The position numbers and the translations under genes are program-made. DNA of 64,000 bases. Source: Candidatus Latescibacterota bacterium (lineage in GTDB: Bacteria > Latescibacterota > UBA2968 > UBA8231). Where the stretch lies: NCBI GenBank assembly GCA_965261395.1, contig OZ253462.1:2976001-3040000 (forward strand). The letters are read 5' to 3'. Of the stretch, positions 27,422 through 37,888 are shown piece by piece (the first letter of the stretch is position 1; every line of letters begins with the position of its first letter). The notes beneath the pieces were generated by a model. The model had not been told where the DNA came from. It searched no databases and worked only from the letters and a program-made list of their open reading frames with translations.

Positions 27422-28145
27422 GCGTACCGTGCGCCAAGCGCCAGCCCCGCATCCGCCAATCCACGCCAGCCCCGCACAAAGCCGCCACGTATCCGTCCGC
27501 CGGTTCCAAAGCCATCAACTTCCACCGCTCCACCTCCTCCCTCCCCTCGTCCGAGCGCAAAAGCGCCGCCTCCGCTCCCAGCGACACCGCAAAGGTGCCG
27601 AGGCCAGCGGCTATACCGTCGCCTCGCGCCTTGACATAGGCTTCCTTGCGCGTCCAGATATTGTAAAAAGCCGCCCGCCGCGCCTCGTCCGGCACCTGCG
27701 CCAGCGCCTCCTGCTCCTCCAGCGAAAAGAAGCGCGCGGCAATTTGCTCGTGCGCGACTTGGGGCCGCGGCCATTCGACATCAATGCCGACCTCGCGGTT
27801 ACGCGCTATCGCGTACAGAGCCAGTTCGTGGGTATGAGACACGTTGAAATGCAGCCCGCCCTTTTGCAGAAAGGGCTTGCCGTGCGCGCCGCGCGCAAAA
27901 GCTACCGCGCCGGGATCTTGGTCGAGGTATAGCCCCAAGAGCTGGCGCAGCATCCCCCGCGCCACCACAAAGCGTCGCTGATGGGTGCCGGAGAGCAAAC
28001 CGCTCGCTCGCTCACTCTCTTCCGCGCTAAGACAAGCCGCGAGCACGGCTACCTCACCGGCCGCGTCCAACTCGACGCACCAGACGTGGATTTCATCGTC
28101 GCTGAGCAGAGGCCAGCTCGACGGGGTTGCCCAAGCAATAGTCAT
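27405..28145 (-). CDS. Sfp-type 4'-phosphopantetheinyl transferase
   Basis: GKP, FNVSH, VGIDVE, WTRKEAYVKA.G.G. Confidence 0.93.
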   Translation of the reverse strand: MTIAWATPSSWPLLSDDEIHVWCVELDAAGEVAVLAACLSAEESERASGLLSGTHQRRFVVARGMLRQLLGLYLDQDPGAVAFARGAHGKPFLQKGGLHFNVSHTHELALYAIARNREVGIDVEWPRPQVAHEQIAARFFSLEEQEALAQVPDEARRAAFYNIWTRKEAYVKARGDGIAAGLGTFAVSLGAEAALLRSDEGREEVERWKLMALEPADGYVAALCGAGVDWRMRGWRLAHGTLSVAG

Positions 28146-28238
28146 CAAAGGTTCACTTGACGCCGTGGTTTATCGCATTCAGATTAGGAATTGCGAATTT
28201 TCTGAAAACACTTAATCCATATATAAAAAGGAGTGCCC

Positions 28239-30548
28239 ATGGCTGCCTTTTCCAGCAAAGATTATCCCAACTACACGTCCGACGGCAAGTACAAAGTCAT
28301 CGGCACCCGCCCCATTCGCCACGACGGCGTCGATAAGGTCACCGGTGCCGCCGTGTACGGGGCCGATGTGCGCCTGCCGGGCCTGCTCTACGGCAAGGTC
28401 CTGCGCAGCCCGCATCCCCACGCCGAGATTATCTCAATCGACACCTCCAAGGCCCTCGCGCTCGACGGAGTGCGCGCCGTGGCCACGGCCGACGATTTGG
28501 TCGAGACCGTAGATAAGCTGTCGCACATTGGCGAGACGATGGTCAATGTGCGCGAGATCGCCAAAAACTCGCTGGCCTCGGACAAGGTGCTCTATACAGG
28601 CCACGCGGTCGCGGCCGTCTGCGCGGTCAGCCCCCACATCGCCGAAGAGGCCCTCGACCTAATCGAGGTCGAGTACAAGGTCTTGGAGCCGGTCGTCGAT
28701 GTCCGCGAGGCCATGCGCGACGACGCCCCGCTTCTCGACGAAGAGCGCACCACGCGCGCCCTCGGCGAGGACACGGGCAAGAAGAGCAATATCGCCTCCC
28801 ACAATCAGCACGCCATGGGCGACCTCACAGCGGGCTTTGCCGAGGCCGACGTGATCGTCGAGCGCGAATTTCACACGGCGACCATTCACCAGGGCTACAT
28901 TGAGCCGCACAACACGACCGTGTGGTGGAAGAAGGACGGCAGCGTCACCGTGTGGGTGAGCACGCAAGGGCCTTTTGAGATCCGCTCGCAGGTCTCGGAA
29001 GTCCTCAACATTCCGGTCTCCAAGGTCAAGGTTATCCCCTGCGAAATCGGCGGCGGCTTCGGCGGCAAGTTCCCCATCTATATGGAGCCCGCCGCAGCCA
29101 TTATGTCGCACAAAACCGGCCAGCCGGTCAAAATGATTATGAGCCGCACTGAGGTCTTTCAGGGGACTGGCCCGGCTCCTGGCTCCTATATAAAGGTTAA
29201 GATGGGGGCCAAAAACGACGGCACCATCACGGCGGCCCACTGCTACATGGCCTACGAGGCCGGGGCCTATCCCGGCTCGGCCGTGGGGGCGGGAGCGCAG
29301 TGCATTCTCGCGCCTTATAACATCGCCAACGTCACCATCGACGCGTACGACGTGGTCGTCAACAAGCCCAAGTCTTCGGCCTACCGCGCTCCTGGGGCAC
29401 CCAACGCGGCCTTTGCCTCGGAGAGCGTCATCGACGAGCTAGCCGAAAAGATCGGCATCGATCCGCTGGAGATGCGGTTACAGAACGCTGCCAAAGAAGG
29501 GACGCGCCGCGCCGACGGCACGGTGTACAGGCAGATTGGCTGCGAGCAAACCGCGCAAGCTGCCAAGGACTCGGAGCACTACCAGAGCAAGCTCGAAGGC
29601 CCTTGGCGTGGCCGCGGCGTGGCCGGTGGTTTTTGGTTCAACGGCGGCGGCATGTCTTCGGCCGCCATTGCCGTCAACGACAACGGCACGATCAATCTCA
29701 CTGAAGGCTCAGTTGACATCGGCGGCAGCCGCGCCGCGATGGCGATGATCGTCGCCGAGACCTTGGGGCTGCGGGCCGAGGACATCAATCCCTCCATCCC
29801 GGACACCAGCTCGATTGGCTTCACCGGCGGCACCGGCGGCAGCCGCGTGTGCTATGCCACCGGCCATGCCTGCTACAACGCGGCCGAGGACGTCAAGGCC
29901 GAGATGTGTGGGCGCGCTGCGCGGCAGCTAGAGGTCGCCGAGGACGACATCGAGTTCGAGGACGGCAGCTTTGTCTGCAAATCCGATCCCGCGCAGCGGC
30001 TCACCTTTGCGGAGGTCACCGCCAACCAGGGCAGCACCGGTGGCCCGATCACCGGCAAGGGCACGATCAACGCCGGTGGCGCGGGCAACGCCTTCGCCGT
30101 GCACGTCGTCGATGTGGAGATCGATCCAGACACCGGCAAGGTCGAGATTTTGCGCTACACCGCGGTGCAAGACGTGGGCAAGGCCATTCATCCCTCGTAT
30201 GTCGAGGGCCAGATCCAGGGTGGGGCCGTGCAGGGCATTGGCTGGGCGCTCACGGAGGGCTACTTCTACACGGCCGATGGCCAGATGGCCAACCCGACCT
30301 TCCTCGACTATCGGATGCCGACCACCTTTGACATTCCCTTGATCGAGACGATTTTGGTCGAAGTGCCCAATCCGGCCAGCCCGCACGGGATCCGCGGCGT
30401 CGGCGAAGTGCCCTTGGTGCCGCCGATGGCCGCTATTGCCAACGCCATCTACGACGCCATGGGTAGTCGCTTAGGCGAGTTGCCCATGAGTCCGGATCGG
30501 GTCGTCGCCGCCTTGCAGGAGCATCAGCTCGGGGAGGCGGCTGGCTGA
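28239..30548 (+). CDS. xanthine dehydrogenase family molybdopterin-binding subunit
   Basis: LRSPHPHA, IGGGFGGK, YRAPG, EGQIQGG, GVGE. Confidence 0.92.
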   Translation: MAAFSSKDYPNYTSDGKYKVIGTRPIRHDGVDKVTGAAVYGADVRLPGLLYGKVLRSPHPHAEIISIDTSKALALDGVRAVATADDLVETVDKLSHIGETMVNVREIAKNSLASDKVLYTGHAVAAVCAVSPHIAEEALDLIEVEYKVLEPVVDVREAMRDDAPLLDEERTTRALGEDTGKKSNIASHNQHAMGDLTAGFAEADVIVEREFHTATIHQGYIEPHNTTVWWKKDGSVTVWVSTQGPFEIRSQVSEVLNIPVSKVKVIPCEIGGGFGGKFPIYMEPAAAIMSHKTGQPVKMIMSRTEVFQGTGPAPGSYIKVKMGAKNDGTITAAHCYMAYEAGAYPGSAVGAGAQCILAPYNIANVTIDAYDVVVNKPKSSAYRAPGAPNAAFASESVIDELAEKIGIDPLEMRLQNAAKEGTRRADGTVYRQIGCEQTAQAAKDSEHYQSKLEGPWRGRGVAGGFWFNGGGMSSAAIAVNDNGTINLTEGSVDIGGSRAAMAMIVAETLGLRAEDINPSIPDTSSIGFTGGTGGSRVCYATGHACYNAAEDVKAEMCGRAARQLEVAEDDIEFEDGSFVCKSDPAQRLTFAEVTANQGSTGGPITGKGTINAGGAGNAFAVHVVDVEIDPDTGKVEILRYTAVQDVGKAIHPSYVEGQIQGGAVQGIGWALTEGYFYTADGQMANPTFLDYRMPTTFDIPLIETILVEVPNPASPHGIRGVGEVPLVPPMAAIANAIYDAMGSRLGELPMSPDRVVAALQEHQLGEAAG

Positions 30549-30578
30549 GGAACAGCGCTCTTAGCATTAGTGCCCGGT

Positions 30579-30608
30579 TGTAGGGGCGAGCGGCCGCTCG
30601 CCCCTACA
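30579..30608. repeat. GTAG-type REP palindrome
   Basis: perfect 30-bp palindrome tgtaggggcgagcggccgctcgcccctaca. Confidence 0.9.
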
Positions 30609-30625
30609 GGTCCGGGTTTTGTATT

Positions 30626-31474
30626 ATGGCCGAAAATATCGCCCCCGACGACTTTATCGACGCGCTACTCCCGGTCGTCGGTCAGTGTGCCCGCGCCTCG
30701 CTGATTTTCTACGGCCAAGTTGCCGACATTGGCAAGGCCGCGGACAAGAGCCTCACCGGTAGCAAGGCGCAGGACGCCTGCACGGCCTTCACGGTACTCG
30801 ACGCGGCCGTGCAGGACATCCTCCTCGCGGCCGTGCTGCAGCACTTTCCGTTTGTGCGCTGCATCGCCGAAGAGCGCACGCCGCTCAAAAAGCGGTTTGC
30901 CGGCAATGCCTCGCCCTACGCGGTCATCCTCGATCCCATTGACGGCACCTTGCACTTCAAGCGGGGCGACGCTCCCTATCACATCTCCATAGGCTTGGCC
31001 TGCGACGGCCAGATGCGGGCCGCGATTGTCGCGCGGCCCGCAGAGGATAAAATATTCACGGCCATCAAGGGCGAGGGTGCTTTCGTGCGCGTCGGCAATG
31101 GCCGCCCTCGTCGCTTGCAGCTACCTAGCACGCCGCGCACGAACAAAGTCTTCATTTCCTCCAAGGCCCGCCCCTATCAGGCCCTCGCCCGCCCCGCGTT
31201 GGATCCGCGCGAGAGCCCCATTGGTGCGGCATTGGTCCTGACGGAGATCGCCGAGGGCGCACTGTGCGCCTATCTGACGCGCCAAGTAGAAATCTATGAC
31301 GTTGGCCCGCCGTCGCTGATTGCCGAAGAAGCCGGAGCGCGCTGCTACATTGGGGAACATCGTCGCCCGACTTATACTCAGCGCCGCAAATTCGGGCACT
31401 TCTTGGCGGCGGCCAACGACGAAATCGCCGAACACCTCTTTGCCATCCTGCGCCGCGCGCGCCGAGGCCAATGA
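30626..31474 (+). CDS. inositol monophosphatase family protein
   Basis: AEE, LDPIDGT, YD......I..EAG. Confidence 0.88.
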   Translation: MAENIAPDDFIDALLPVVGQCARASLIFYGQVADIGKAADKSLTGSKAQDACTAFTVLDAAVQDILLAAVLQHFPFVRCIAEERTPLKKRFAGNASPYAVILDPIDGTLHFKRGDAPYHISIGLACDGQMRAAIVARPAEDKIFTAIKGEGAFVRVGNGRPRRLQLPSTPRTNKVFISSKARPYQALARPALDPRESPIGAALVLTEIAEGALCAYLTRQVEIYDVGPPSLIAEEAGARCYIGEHRRPTYTQRRKFGHFLAAANDEIAEHLFAILRRARRGQ

Positions 31475-32379
31475 CTATGAGCCACGAAATCAAAGACGTC
31501 CTGCCGGTCGTTCACATGCCGTACACCGACGACCAAGCCATTGATTACGCCGTATTGGCAGACGAAGTCGATTACCTTTTCGAGACGGGGGCGCATGGGC
31601 TGTGCCTCGCCTTGGTATCCGACCTGTTGCGCCTGACGGCTGCCGAGCGGCTGGCGCTGCCGGCCCGGCTAGTGGAGTTTGCCCGCGGGCGCGGCCCAGT
31701 CATCATCGGCGTTGGGGCCGAAGGCACGGCCCAGGCCCGGCTCTACGCCCGCGCCGCTGAAGACGGTGGTGCGGCGGCCGTCATGGCCATTCCGCCGATT
31801 TCCCGCTCCTTGGGCGAGAGCGAGCTGCGCGCTTATTTTACCGCCCTGCTCGCCGAGGTCTCCATCCCGGTCATGATCCAAGACGCCAGCTCGTATGTCG
31901 GCAACCCCATGAGCATTGAATTTCAAGCGTCGCTTTTCCGCGACTGCGGCGAGCGCATCCTCTTCAAACCCGAGGCTACTCCTTTGGGGCCTTGCATCTC
32001 GGCCCTGCGCGAGCACACCGCGGGCCGGGCCGGCATATTTGAAGGTAGCGGTGGCTTGCTGTTGATTGACTCCTTTCGCCGTGGCATTCGCGGCACCATT
32101 CCCGGCGTCGAACTACTCGACGGCACGGTAGCCCTGTGGCGTTCCCTTGCTGCCGGCGACGAAGCGCGCGCGTATCAGATATATTTCCCCATCTGCGCCC
32201 TGTGTACGTTGCAGATCCAAGGGGGCTTGGACGGCTTCATCGTGGTCGAGCGCTACCTAATGCACAAGCGCGGCCTCTTTCCCAACCAAGTCCACCGCGG
32301 CCCCCTGAGCTTTGCGCTTGATGCGGAAACGCGCGCCGAGATAGATCGTCTATTCGATATGCTACAGGAAGTGCTATGA
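31471..32379 (+). CDS. dihydrodipicolinate synthase family aldolase/dehydratase
   Basis: ID...L, LT..ER, PV..GVG, MAIPP, IQD, FKPE. Confidence 0.85.
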   Translation: MTMSHEIKDVLPVVHMPYTDDQAIDYAVLADEVDYLFETGAHGLCLALVSDLLRLTAAERLALPARLVEFARGRGPVIIGVGAEGTAQARLYARAAEDGGAAAVMAIPPISRSLGESELRAYFTALLAEVSIPVMIQDASSYVGNPMSIEFQASLFRDCGERILFKPEATPLGPCISALREHTAGRAGIFEGSGGLLLIDSFRRGIRGTIPGVELLDGTVALWRSLAAGDEARAYQIYFPICALCTLQIQGGLDGFIVVERYLMHKRGLFPNQVHRGPLSFALDAETRAEIDRLFDMLQEVL

Positions 32380-33542
32380 TCGACTCAAAGCGCATGCAGG
32401 CGGTACAAAGCCCGGTAATTCCGCATGTGGCCGCCCTCATCCGCGACAATCCGGGCACCATTTCCCTCGGCCAAGGCGTGGTGCACTACCCGCCGCCGCC
32501 GCAGGCCATGCAGGCGATTGCCCGCTTCGGCGGCGCAATTGCCGAACACCACTATCAGGCCGCCCGCGGTCTGCCCGAACTCAGCGAAGAGCTGCGCCAA
32601 AAACTCGCGCGCGAAAATCAAATCGAGGTGGGCGACGACCAGGTCCTGATGGTCACGGCCGGCTCCAACATGGGCTTTTACCACGCCTTGCTCGCCGTTG
32701 CCGACCCGGGCGATGAGATCGTCGTGATGTCGCCTTTTTACTTCAACCACGAAATGGCCGTGGCCATGGCCAATTGCCGGGCCGTCCTCGTGGCTACGGA
32801 CGACGCCTATCAGCTCGACCTCGGCGCGATTGAGGCCGCGATCACAGCGCGCACTCGCGCCATTGTCACGATCTCGCCCAACAACCCGACGGGTGCGGTC
32901 TATCGGCCCGAGGACTTGGCGGCGGTCAATCGGCTCTGCCGCGAACGAGGCCTCTACCACTTTGCCGACGAGGCGTACGAATACTTTACCTATGGCGCGG
33001 CGCGGCACTTTTCGCCCGGCTCACTGCCCCACAGCGCGGAGCACACCATCTCGCTCTTTTCCTTTTCCAAGGCCTACGGCCTCGCCAGTTGGCGGGTCGG
33101 CTACCTCGTGGCCCCGAGGCACCTGCTGGGCGCACTGGAAAAAATCCAAGACACCGTGCTCATCTGCCCGCCGGTCATCTCACAACGCGCCGCGCTCGGT
33201 GCGCTTGCGGCCGGAGCCGCGTACTGTAGGAGCCATCTAGCGGGTATGGATGCGGTGCGTCGGCTCTGCCTAGAGCGGCTCGGCGTGCTCGGCGAGCGGG
33301 TGCAAGTGCCTGCGGCCGAAGGAGCTTTTTACTTATTAGCACGTCTAAAAACCGATCTCGACGCGATGGACGTGGTGGCCCGCTTGGTGCGAGAACACAA
33401 GGTTGCGGTCATCCCCGGCAATGCCTTCGGATTGAGCGCGGACTGCTATTTGCGCGTTGCCTACGGTGCCCTGCGCCAAGAGGATATGGCCGAGGGCATG
33501 GATCGACTCGTCGGGGGTTTGGAGCAGATTCTCTCCGCTTGA
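32376..33542 (+). CDS. class I/II PLP-dependent aminotransferase
   Basis: SLGQG, SPNNPTG, DEAY, SFSKAYG...WRVG. Confidence 0.93.
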   Translation: MIDSKRMQAVQSPVIPHVAALIRDNPGTISLGQGVVHYPPPPQAMQAIARFGGAIAEHHYQAARGLPELSEELRQKLARENQIEVGDDQVLMVTAGSNMGFYHALLAVADPGDEIVVMSPFYFNHEMAVAMANCRAVLVATDDAYQLDLGAIEAAITARTRAIVTISPNNPTGAVYRPEDLAAVNRLCRERGLYHFADEAYEYFTYGAARHFSPGSLPHSAEHTISLFSFSKAYGLASWRVGYLVAPRHLLGALEKIQDTVLICPPVISQRAALGALAAGAAYCRSHLAGMDAVRRLCLERLGVLGERVQVPAAEGAFYLLARLKTDLDAMDVVARLVREHKVAVIPGNAFGLSADCYLRVAYGALRQEDMAEGMDRLVGGLEQILSA

Positions 33543-33638
33543 CATGGTGGATTATTTAGACGTATGTTTCGGCTAACAAAGAGCGACCTGAATCGGCGTA
33601 AAGAATACCTCAGGGGAAGTTTTCCACTCCTCTACGAT

Positions 33639-36401
33639 GTGGAACTTCGACAAATATTGTATTCGGTATTCTGGCCGGTTGGTCGCTCTTCTTTTTTTCT
33701 TCTGCTCGCCCTCCTGCTCCTGCCAACGGTCCTGCGCGCCCAATCCCTCGCTGTCACCCCGAATGCCCTCGATTTAGGTGTAGTTGGCGTCGGCGTGGAG
33801 GCGCGAGCGTCCGTTTTCGTCGAAAATCTGCAAGACGACGCGCTCGAAGTGATCGTCGGCATTAGCGGTGTCGGTTTTGGCGCGGTAGCGGATACGCTGC
33901 GCTTGGACGGCAAGAGCGTCAGCAGTGTCGAAGTGCGATTCAGCGCTGCCGAGGCCGGGGAGTATGCGGGTGAACTGATCTTGCAGGTAGTCGCCTTGTT
34001 TAAAGGCCAGCGCTTGGTCGTGCCGCTTCAAGCGGTGGCCGTCGTTCCGACCCTGGTAATTTTGCCGGCCGAAGGGCTGGATTTTGGCGCGGTGCCCGTC
34101 GGGCAAGCGGCGACGACAGCCGTTATCGTCAAAAACACCGGCACTGTGCCCGTGACGGCCGGGCAGATGGACGTTGCCGATCCACAGAGCCCCTTTAGCG
34201 TGGAGGGCGACGTCGGCCTTTGGCCTGCCCCAGGCGGTGAAACGCGGATCGACGTTGCGTTCGCGCCGACGCGCGCGGGGCAGGTCGCTGCTGAATTCGT
34301 GGTTACCTCGTCCGACTTTGGGGATTGGTCCATTCCCCTGCGGGGGAGCGGGCTGGTGCCACAAGCGGCCTTTTCGCCCCTCCCACAAGTGGGTCTCGAC
34401 TTTGGCACCGTCGAGGTGGGTCAGCGCCTAACGCGCCGCGTGACCGTCCTCAATCAGGGCCAAGCCGAACTGCACATTGAAAACGTCGCCATTGAGGGCG
34501 CGGCCTTTGCCCTTGGGGTCGGGGACTCGTCGGCGACCATCGCTCCCCAGGGGCGGCTCGACTTGAGCGCGGCGTTTGTGCCGCAGAGTGAAGGCGACCA
34601 AAGTGGCGTCTTGCGCCTGTACACCAGCGATCCGCAAGCCGCCGAGGTGGCCATTCCCCTCGCGGGTCGCGGCCAAATCAGTCCGCCGCGCATCGAGATT
34701 ATCAATGGCGACATTGACTTCGGCAGCGTATCCATCGGCGAGACTGCACGCGAGCATTTGCTGTTGTGGAACAAGGGCGGCCAGCCGGGCGTGGTGGAGA
34801 TCGCCGTGGCCGCGGACGAGGGCGTTGAATTCGATCTCGAACAGCATTCGGTCCTCGTTCAGCCGCAAGCCAGTGCCCCCGTGGGGCTGAGTTTCTCGCC
34901 CAAGGAATCCGGTCCGCGCCAAGCCATCCTCCACATCGAGGCCGAAGCCGAGCGCCAGACCATGCGCTTGCAGGGCGTGGGCCAGTTTTTCGCCCTCAAC
35001 CCGACAACGGTGGACTTCGGTCGAGTCGCCGTCGGCGAAAGCAGCAGCCGAGTCGTTGAAATAGCCAATGCGGGCAACGCCGACTTTGAGATTCACCAGC
35101 TTCGCTCGACGAGCGCCGAATTCACTGCCCACACCCCAATCGATGCCGACAACAAGTTCCTGCTACCGGCCCACAGCCAGCGCACCCTGCCGCTGCACGT
35201 GGCTTTTAGCCCATCGGCTCGCGGGGCGATTTCGGGGACCTTGCGCTTGGACGGCTTGGGCGCGAATGAGATGATGACGCTCGACGTCCTGCTCAAGGGC
35301 AACGGCGTGGCCGCCGAAATCGAGCTGAATCCGGCGGGCGTCGTCGATTATGGCTACGTGGTCTTGGGGGAGCAGGCGGAAAGGACCTTCGTGGCCACCA
35401 ACGTCGGCGATACCGTGCTGCAAGTAGAGGCGCATCCCCAAAGCAAGGAAGCCCACGTTGCGCCGGCGCAATTCGCGCTGGCTCCGGGCGAGTCCGCGCG
35501 CCTCACGCTCTTTTTTGCGCCCGATGCCTTGGGCGAGCGCCGCGGGCGCGTCTTGTTGGTCAGCAACGACGTCAAGGATCGCGCCCGTCCACTCGAATAC
35601 AAAGGACACGGGGTGCTCGCAGACATCGACTTGGCGCAGATTGTCGAGGTATTGGTCTCGCGCGGGGAGAAGACCCAGCCTTTGGCTGTCGGCTGGGACA
35701 ATGCCCCCATCGTGCAAAAAGACGGCACCAAAGTGGATGTGGCCTTTGCGATTCCCGACTCACTGCGGCAGGCGCTAATCGGTCGCGAGCTGGTCGTCGA
35801 GTGGACCTGGCTCGACGAAAACTACGCCCCCAAAAGCAAAGGCAGTACCCAAAAGCAGAAAGTCACAATCTACGAGTCGAGCGGCGGGCGCGTCCTAGCC
35901 GAGGATCTCAACTTGCTGCTGGCGGAAGAAGACAATCGCCGAGTGCGGCTCAAAATCACGACCCATAGCTACCCGGGTGCCCCGCCACGGAGCGTGTCGC
36001 AGCTTTTGGAAGCCGGGGGCTGGAAGTGGGAATTTGAGGCCAAGCCGCTGGTTTCCTTTTTGACGATTCGTCCCGGGCGCAATTATAAAGACGCCGACGG
36101 CAACCCGGTCCTAGGCAACACCGAGCGCTTGATTGGCTTGCCCGGCTTGGCCTTTGCCGGCTGGCACAACGTGGATAACCCGTTGATTTCCGGTATCCAT
36201 TTCACCGCCATCGGCAATGTCCTCGAAGCCCTTTCGACCGGCAACTCGCTGGCCATTTCTCTGGGTGTGGCCATTTCCTTTTACAAGGATCAGTTCCTCT
36301 TTGGCTTCGGCTGGGACATTTACGACAGCCGACCCCGAGTCAAGGAGAAAGGCTCACAGGACTACATTATGACCTTTAAGTACTCGGGGTTGTTCAAGTG
36401 A
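33639..36401 (+). CDS. large secreted protein with tandem ASH/choice-of-anchor D Ig-like domains
   Basis: About six repeats of (L/I)DFG.V.VG.....V.N.G...L; hydrophobic signal; start uncertain (ATG at 33564 falls inside a likely promoter TTGACA...TATGTT). Confidence 0.8.
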   Translation: MELRQILYSVFWPVGRSSFFLLLALLLLPTVLRAQSLAVTPNALDLGVVGVGVEARASVFVENLQDDALEVIVGISGVGFGAVADTLRLDGKSVSSVEVRFSAAEAGEYAGELILQVVALFKGQRLVVPLQAVAVVPTLVILPAEGLDFGAVPVGQAATTAVIVKNTGTVPVTAGQMDVADPQSPFSVEGDVGLWPAPGGETRIDVAFAPTRAGQVAAEFVVTSSDFGDWSIPLRGSGLVPQAAFSPLPQVGLDFGTVEVGQRLTRRVTVLNQGQAELHIENVAIEGAAFALGVGDSSATIAPQGRLDLSAAFVPQSEGDQSGVLRLYTSDPQAAEVAIPLAGRGQISPPRIEIINGDIDFGSVSIGETAREHLLLWNKGGQPGVVEIAVAADEGVEFDLEQHSVLVQPQASAPVGLSFSPKESGPRQAILHIEAEAERQTMRLQGVGQFFALNPTTVDFGRVAVGESSSRVVEIANAGNADFEIHQLRSTSAEFTAHTPIDADNKFLLPAHSQRTLPLHVAFSPSARGAISGTLRLDGLGANEMMTLDVLLKGNGVAAEIELNPAGVVDYGYVVLGEQAERTFVATNVGDTVLQVEAHPQSKEAHVAPAQFALAPGESARLTLFFAPDALGERRGRVLLVSNDVKDRARPLEYKGHGVLADIDLAQIVEVLVSRGEKTQPLAVGWDNAPIVQKDGTKVDVAFAIPDSLRQALIGRELVVEWTWLDENYAPKSKGSTQKQKVTIYESSGGRVLAEDLNLLLAEEDNRRVRLKITTHSYPGAPPRSVSQLLEAGGWKWEFEAKPLVSFLTIRPGRNYKDADGNPVLGNTERLIGLPGLAFAGWHNVDNPLISGIHFTAIGNVLEALSTGNSLAISLGVAISFYKDQFLFGFGWDIYDSRPRVKEKGSQDYIMTFKYSGLFK

Positions 36402-37347
36402 GCAGGCGGCGGTACACCATGGCTGCCGCACACAAGTCCTGCGCTCCCATCCCCGTCAGATAGACTGCGCTCGGCGCTACTGCGCCAAGCCGCCCGCAGG
36501 CGGCGTCGCCGATGTCCAGCACCGTGCCCTCGGCATTGCGCGCCAAGGCGATCTGCTCGGCTTGGCCCTGCTCGGCCGCAAAGCGGAATTCCCCGGACTT
36601 CTGGGCTTGGGCGAGCACATCGACGACCACTGTGCGCTCGTAGAGCACTTCGGGTGCGAGTTGGCGCGTGCGACTATCCCCGGCGATGACCGCGAGGTAG
36701 GTGACCTCGGCCAAGGCCGCCGAGGTCAAGATGGGCTGCGGCGTCGGCACCGCCGTTAGCACGGCGTCGGCACCGTCTATACACGCCTCTAACGACGATG
36801 CTACCCGTAGGCGCGCTCGCAGGTCCGGTCCGACCGCTGCGGCAAATGCCGCCCGGTTCGCCGCCCGGCGACTCGTGCAGGCAATCTCCGCCAAATCAAA
36901 GAGCACGTCGCAAGATAGGGCCAAGGTCCGTGCAATCCGTCCGGTCCCCAGAATGGCGACTCGCTCGATGGCCGCGCCCGCTAGGTATTGGAGACCCAAC
37001 GCCCCGGCCGCCCCGGTGCGCCAGTCGGTGATGTGCCCGGCCTCTAGTCGCCACGCCCGGTCCTGTTGCAAATCTTCAAACGAGATATATGCCTCCCGCT
37101 TGGCCAGCCGCCCGGTCGCCACGTCTGAAAACTCTTCGATGATCTTTCGCGCGCGAAACTTTCCCGGCCATTCGGCTGGCATGTCCAAGCGAAAGTAGTC
37201 GAGTGCCCCGCGCTTTTGGATGGATTCGGTGCGCGGCGGATTGTCGATGACCCCCGCGCCGTACCGCTCGAACGCTTGGTGACAGGCGGCGAGAAAATCA
37301 GCCGTGGAGAAGCGATGTGCAAAGGTTTCTTCGCGTAGGAGATCCAC
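36394..37347 (-). CDS. ornithine cyclodeaminase/mu-crystallin family protein
   Basis: IT.WRTGAAGA, ILGTG..A, TG.G.QDL. Confidence 0.8.
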   Translation of the reverse strand: MDLLREETFAHRFSTADFLAACHQAFERYGAGVIDNPPRTESIQKRGALDYFRLDMPAEWPGKFRARKIIEEFSDVATGRLAKREAYISFEDLQQDRAWRLEAGHITDWRTGAAGALGLQYLAGAAIERVAILGTGRIARTLALSCDVLFDLAEIACTSRRAANRAAFAAAVGPDLRARLRVASSLEACIDGADAVLTAVPTPQPILTSAALAEVTYLAVIAGDSRTRQLAPEVLYERTVVVDVLAQAQKSGEFRFAAEQGQAEQIALARNAEGTVLDIGDAACGRLGAVAPSAVYLTGMGAQDLCAAAMVYRRLLT

Positions 37348-37411
37348 GTCTCATCCTTTTGTTTGCTTGACGTAACTTGCCGTTTTCTATTCATTAAATA
37401 ATGTTGGAGCG

Positions 37412-37876
37412 ATGGAACGAGAATACCCCAACGTGCAGGAGCTGATTTTGTGGGGGCTGGCCGCTGTGGCTATAGCTTTGCTCCTCAAGGCTGCCTTCTG
37501 GCCGCACTCTGCTGCACCCGAGCCAACGCCCCAGCGGGAAGTCTCCAAGCCAGCAACCACTCCCCAGCTCAGCCCCATTCGGGTCGAAATTCTCAACGGC
37601 GGGGGCGAACCGCAAATCGCTGCCCGCCTCCGCAAAAAGGCACGCGCCCTCGGGCTAGACGTGATTCACGAAGGCAATGCGCCCAGCTTCAATTACCTAC
37701 ACACTCTCGTCGTCGATTTGGACGGCGATATCGAGCGAGCCCGACAAGTGGCGGATGTCTTGGGAATACCCCATTTTATCCAGCAAAAGAAAGAAAATCA
37801 GTTCAGCTTGGCGAGTGTCTCGATTATCATCGGGCGAGACTATCGCCACATCGGCCTGCTCGACCCGGCCAAATAA
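37412..37876 (+). CDS. LytR C-terminal domain membrane protein
   Basis: N-terminal TM, VEILNG.G, GNA, IIIGRD. Confidence 0.85.
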   Translation: MEREYPNVQELILWGLAAVAIALLLKAAFWPHSAAPEPTPQREVSKPATTPQLSPIRVEILNGGGEPQIAARLRKKARALGLDVIHEGNAPSFNYLHTLVVDLDGDIERARQVADVLGIPHFIQQKKENQFSLASVSIIIGRDYRHIGLLDPAK

Positions 37877-37888
37877 CACCGCGAGAGA

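Larger units (their letters stand above)
23436..27454. mobile_element. about 4.0-kb cargo insertion in the 3' end of the Sfp-type PPTase gene, bounded by 18-bp direct repeats
   Basis: agcgccagccccgcatcc at 23436-23453 and 27437-27454; removal restores the PPTase end VDWRMRGWRWRP* abutting the cnbZ-like stop. Confidence 0.8.
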
